Shown: piece by piece, positions 60,976 to 64,000 of the stretch
Position numbering within the stretch: position 1 is the first letter of the stretch
Layout: each line of letters starts with the position of its first letter
From: a virus
Length of the DNA: 64,000 nucleotides
Virus record (IMG/VR): IMGVR_UViG_3300017971_000032
Span: 13,501 to 77,500 of that record
Reading direction: 5' to 3' (one strand)
The notes under the pieces: model-generated
Seen by the model: the letters and a program-made list of their open reading frames with translations, nothing else
Database searches by the model: none
Told to the model about the DNA's origin: nothing
Translations under genes and position numbers: made by a program

Positions 60976-63366
60976 TTGCCTGAAGCAGCGGAACGCATTG
61001 GAGTTGAATCGTACTTTGGTATTGCGGACTTTATCCGCAATACTGCTGTGTATGATAAAACACTTGCGCAGCTGGATAAGCGCACAAGCCAATATGGTAA
61101 CAAGGTTGCCTCATCCACATCTGGCGCTGCCAAGTCTTGGAATTCATATAATCGCACCACTGACCAGGTAGTGGCTGATTTGCGCGCATCCCTTACTCAA
61201 GGCGAGAAGAAAGTTCAAGAGTATGGTGATGAAAATCGCAAGGTGACGCAGCAGGCAGCTAATAGCTGGCAGCAATTTACATCCTCAACTATTGGACAGG
61301 TGGCTAAGTTGAGAGCCACGTTGGATGCTGGACGTTACATGTTCCAAGCCTTCCTCAAGCCGTTCCAGCAATTTATAGCGTTAGGTACTGAAGGTGCAGG
61401 CATGGCACGTATGGAGCGTAACCTAATGCGCATGACTGGTTCCCAGGAAGCTTACAATGAGGCTTTGGGGGAGATGCGGGAAGCCACAATGGGCACGGTG
61501 CGTGATGCCGAGTTGATAAACCAAGCGTTCAAAATCATGAATCTTGGATTGGCTGATACGGCGGATCAGGCAGCCAGGGTTGCACGCAATGTCACGCTTC
61601 TAGGCAAAGCCTCTGGACAGGTGCCTACCCCAGAGGCTGCCATGCAGGTGTTCTCTCTCATGATGTCCAACCAGTCTAAAATGCGTTTGGATGCTTTTGC
61701 ATTATCCATACAGGAGGTGGATGCGCGCATAGATAGTTTGAAAGATACTATGGGCGTGAGTGAGGAAGAGGCTTTTCGCTTGGCAGTGTACGAGCTCATG
61801 GATGAAAAAGTGGAGAAGATGGGCCTGGCAGTGGAAGATTCAGCTACCAAAGCTTCCCGCATGAATGCTGCTTTTGGTAATATGGCTGATTCACTCAAGA
61901 CTATGATAGTGCCTGAATTTGATGACTTCATCACTATAGTGAGCAATCTAGCCACTAAGATCACAGACAATGCCCAGGAGATTGAAAAATGGTACCGTCT
62001 GTTCGTGGGAGTGACCAGGGGCATCTTGTATCAATTGGGTGATGTGGCTTTAGCCTTTGTATATGCTGGTCATACAGCTTCAGCATTCTTTAAGGGTGAT
62101 ATTGAAGGAGCTAAGGAAGCAGCTAATACGCTTAAGGGGTTGTTAGGTGAAATTGTGACCTTCACGGCTATAGGTGAATCTGTGAAGGAAGAAGCTGCTA
62201 AGATGTTTGATAATATGGCAGAGTCCGCTGATGGTGCAGCCCGAGCTCAAGCCCAGGCTATGAGACAAGCAGCGGAAGAGGCATCATCAGCCATAGCCGA
62301 TGTTAGATCTGAATGGGATGAGAAGTTGACTGAAGTCCACGCACAGGCTGAGAAGCGTATGGCAGACATAACTGTGCGTGAGACTGAACGCGCAATAGAT
62401 GCTGCCATAGCGGCGCAGCGCAAGCGTGAGGACTCAGCCAGGGAGACTGCCAAGCGTATAGAGCAAATTGAGACGCAATATGCCACAGCATTGGCCAACG
62501 CTATGAATGCTCGTTCTATGGCACTGGCTAATGCGGCCAAACAGCATAGTGATAAAATGCTCCAAATTGAAGAGGATTATCAGCGTGCTAAGCGTGACAT
62601 AATGGAGCGGTATGAGTTGGCGGCATGGGAAGCCATATCTGAACGTGATGCTACGGCCATGCTCAAAGCCCAACGCACGCGTGATGAAGGTTTGAGGGAT
62701 GCAGAAGAAAATCGCAACCGTCAGATTGATCAGACCAACCGTCAGTATGCTGATCAAACACGCGCTGCGGAGGATGCCTTTAGACAGCAGGAGCAGGCAG
62801 CCAAGGATAGTTACAACAGGCAACAGCAGGAGCTGCGCGAGAACCTGGCGGAGCAAGCAGAGGAGCAAAGGATAGCTGCTGAGAGGCAAGCGGAGGATGC
62901 CCAACGTGCTAGGGAGCGTGAGTTGGGGCGCATACGTCAAGATCAAGGTCAGAAGATAGCTGACTTGTATCTCCATTATAATGAGGAGTTGTCTGCTGCT
63001 CAACAGCATCATACAGACATGTTGAATGAGCTAAACAGATACCTGCGGCAGTATGCTAACTTGATGCGGCAATACAGATACACGGGTGGGGAGCCATCTC
63101 ACGCTGGTAGATACGCTGAGGGTGGATCTTTTATAGCCAATAAGCCTACCAATATTATGGTGGGTGAGGGTGGCAAGCCTGAGCTTGTGATAGTTCAGCC
63201 TTTGAACACGATGGGGCAATCCACGCCGCAATCATCCACAGTCAATCATAACGTGACGGGTGAGGTGAGTGCTAGGGTGGATGCTATAGTTCAACAAGGC
63301 TTAAGCGGATTTGAGGGTAGAATCTCCGCAGCATTGTACCAGGCTTTGAATGAGGTGTTGCGCTAA
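60976..63366 (+). CDS. Tape measure protein
   Basis: Long Ala/Glu/Gln-rich helical protein; C-terminal YAEGG....PT...GEGGKPELV..PL. Confidence 0.85.
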   Translation: MPEAAERIGVESYFGIADFIRNTAVYDKTLAQLDKRTSQYGNKVASSTSGAAKSWNSYNRTTDQVVADLRASLTQGEKKVQEYGDENRKVTQQAANSWQQFTSSTIGQVAKLRATLDAGRYMFQAFLKPFQQFIALGTEGAGMARMERNLMRMTGSQEAYNEALGEMREATMGTVRDAELINQAFKIMNLGLADTADQAARVARNVTLLGKASGQVPTPEAAMQVFSLMMSNQSKMRLDAFALSIQEVDARIDSLKDTMGVSEEEAFRLAVYELMDEKVEKMGLAVEDSATKASRMNAAFGNMADSLKTMIVPEFDDFITIVSNLATKITDNAQEIEKWYRLFVGVTRGILYQLGDVALAFVYAGHTASAFFKGDIEGAKEAANTLKGLLGEIVTFTAIGESVKEEAAKMFDNMAESADGAARAQAQAMRQAAEEASSAIADVRSEWDEKLTEVHAQAEKRMADITVRETERAIDAAIAAQRKREDSARETAKRIEQIETQYATALANAMNARSMALANAAKQHSDKMLQIEEDYQRAKRDIMERYELAAWEAISERDATAMLKAQRTRDEGLRDAEENRNRQIDQTNRQYADQTRAAEDAFRQQEQAAKDSYNRQQQELRENLAEQAEEQRIAAERQAEDAQRARERELGRIRQDQGQKIADLYLHYNEELSAAQQHHTDMLNELNRYLRQYANLMRQYRYTGGEPSHAGRYAEGGSFIANKPTNIMVGEGGKPELVIVQPLNTMGQSTPQSSTVNHNVTGEVSARVDAIVQQGLSGFEGRISAALYQALNEVLR

Positions 63367-63710
63367 TGAAAATCACTATAGATCATGAACCCCCAGTGAC
63401 TATGCAGCCAGATTCACTGTCTTGGCAACCACCTGGTGAGTTAGGAGATGATGGTGAGGGTGCGCCTGTGATGGGTGCAGTGTACAGATGTGCCTTGGGA
63501 TTCAATTCTATCACGTGGCCTTACTACCAGGCCTGGTATGATGCGTGGGATGGTGAATTGCATGACATAACGCTGCCGCATCCAGCCACTGGGGAGATGA
63601 CCACATACTCATGCTACGTGAAGTCTATAACGCCCAGGATGATAGCTAAGTCTTGCAAGGGCATAACCTCTGGAGTTGATATAGTGTTGTCTAACATAGT
63701 GGTGACATAA
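63366..63710 (+). CDS. Distal tail/minor tail protein
   Basis: Coupled to the tape measure stop; position. Confidence 0.55.
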   Translation: MKITIDHEPPVTMQPDSLSWQPPGELGDDGEGAPVMGAVYRCALGFNSITWPYYQAWYDAWDGELHDITLPHPATGEMTTYSCYVKSITPRMIAKSCKGITSGVDIVLSNIVVT

Positions 63711-64000
63711 TGCCAGTCATTCCAGCAACGCAGTTGGCATATTTGCGTGATCAACGTCCCCAAACAGCAAGAGTGCAATGGTACTTAGCTGTTGCGCCGT
63801 TTGGGGATGCTTGCTTTACTGCACGGGTTAATGATGCGGCTATAGATCGTGGGGCAAGGTCTATAGTGTATGATAATGATGTGGGTGAGGATAATGTTAG
63901 TGCTGGAATGACTTTATGGGTAGGTTCAGCTGCTGGTTTGTATGACGTAGGGCGTGTGCGTGTGAGATCCATAGACACGGCCACTAACACGCTTACGGTA
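63710..64000 (+). CDS. Tail protein, runs off the window end
   Basis: TAATG coupling; open frame MPVIPATQLAYLR... to the end. Confidence 0.6.
   Translation, partial: MPVIPATQLAYLRDQRPQTARVQWYLAVAPFGDACFTARVNDAAIDRGARSIVYDNDVGEDNVSAGMTLWVGSAAGLYDVGRVRVRSIDTATNTLTV

Noticed and set aside
1-64000. Genome-wide TGA reassignment (code 4 or 25) to explain the stop in the UDG gene
   Set aside because: Many genes end at TGA with ATGA/TGATG coupling to the next gene, and long genes contain no internal TGA

Overview
This window is a 64-kb stretch of a tailed dsDNA bacteriophage, probably siphovirus-like; no integrase or host genes are visible and the host cannot be determined from it. Left to right on the + strand it carries: a thymine-hypermodification cluster (amino acid:DNA transferase, radical SAM, methyltransferase, PLP enzyme, two P-loop kinases); replication genes (UDG-PolA fusion, UvsY-like, gp32-like SSB); a deleted phnD/phnE remnant; a ~10-kb glycan-building cluster; RecA, flap exonuclease and resolvase; and the terminase genes with many small membrane peptides. 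An inverted (- strand) block of probable early genes follows at 34.6-44.3 kb, then the head and tail operon through the tape measure gene. The most striking signal is a 21-aa peptide, KGGPGSGNWGHAGRPG(L/M)VGGS, present in six otherwise unrelated proteins, including the portal and the MuF-like protein. It is conserved as protein but synonymously diverged as DNA, and each copy is followed by a different cargo domain (ADP-ribosyltransferase, GNAT, unknowns). This looks like a tag-plus-cargo system for virion-delivered effectors. Other highlights are a UDG-family gene with an in-frame TGA followed by a hairpin with bacterial SECIS geometry, a tRNA-like small RNA, a seven-copy phage promoter-like motif, duplicated promoters with OmpR/PhoB-type geometry, and a probable +1 frameshift in the tail chaperone. 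All functional calls come from motif recognition by eye; no database search was run.
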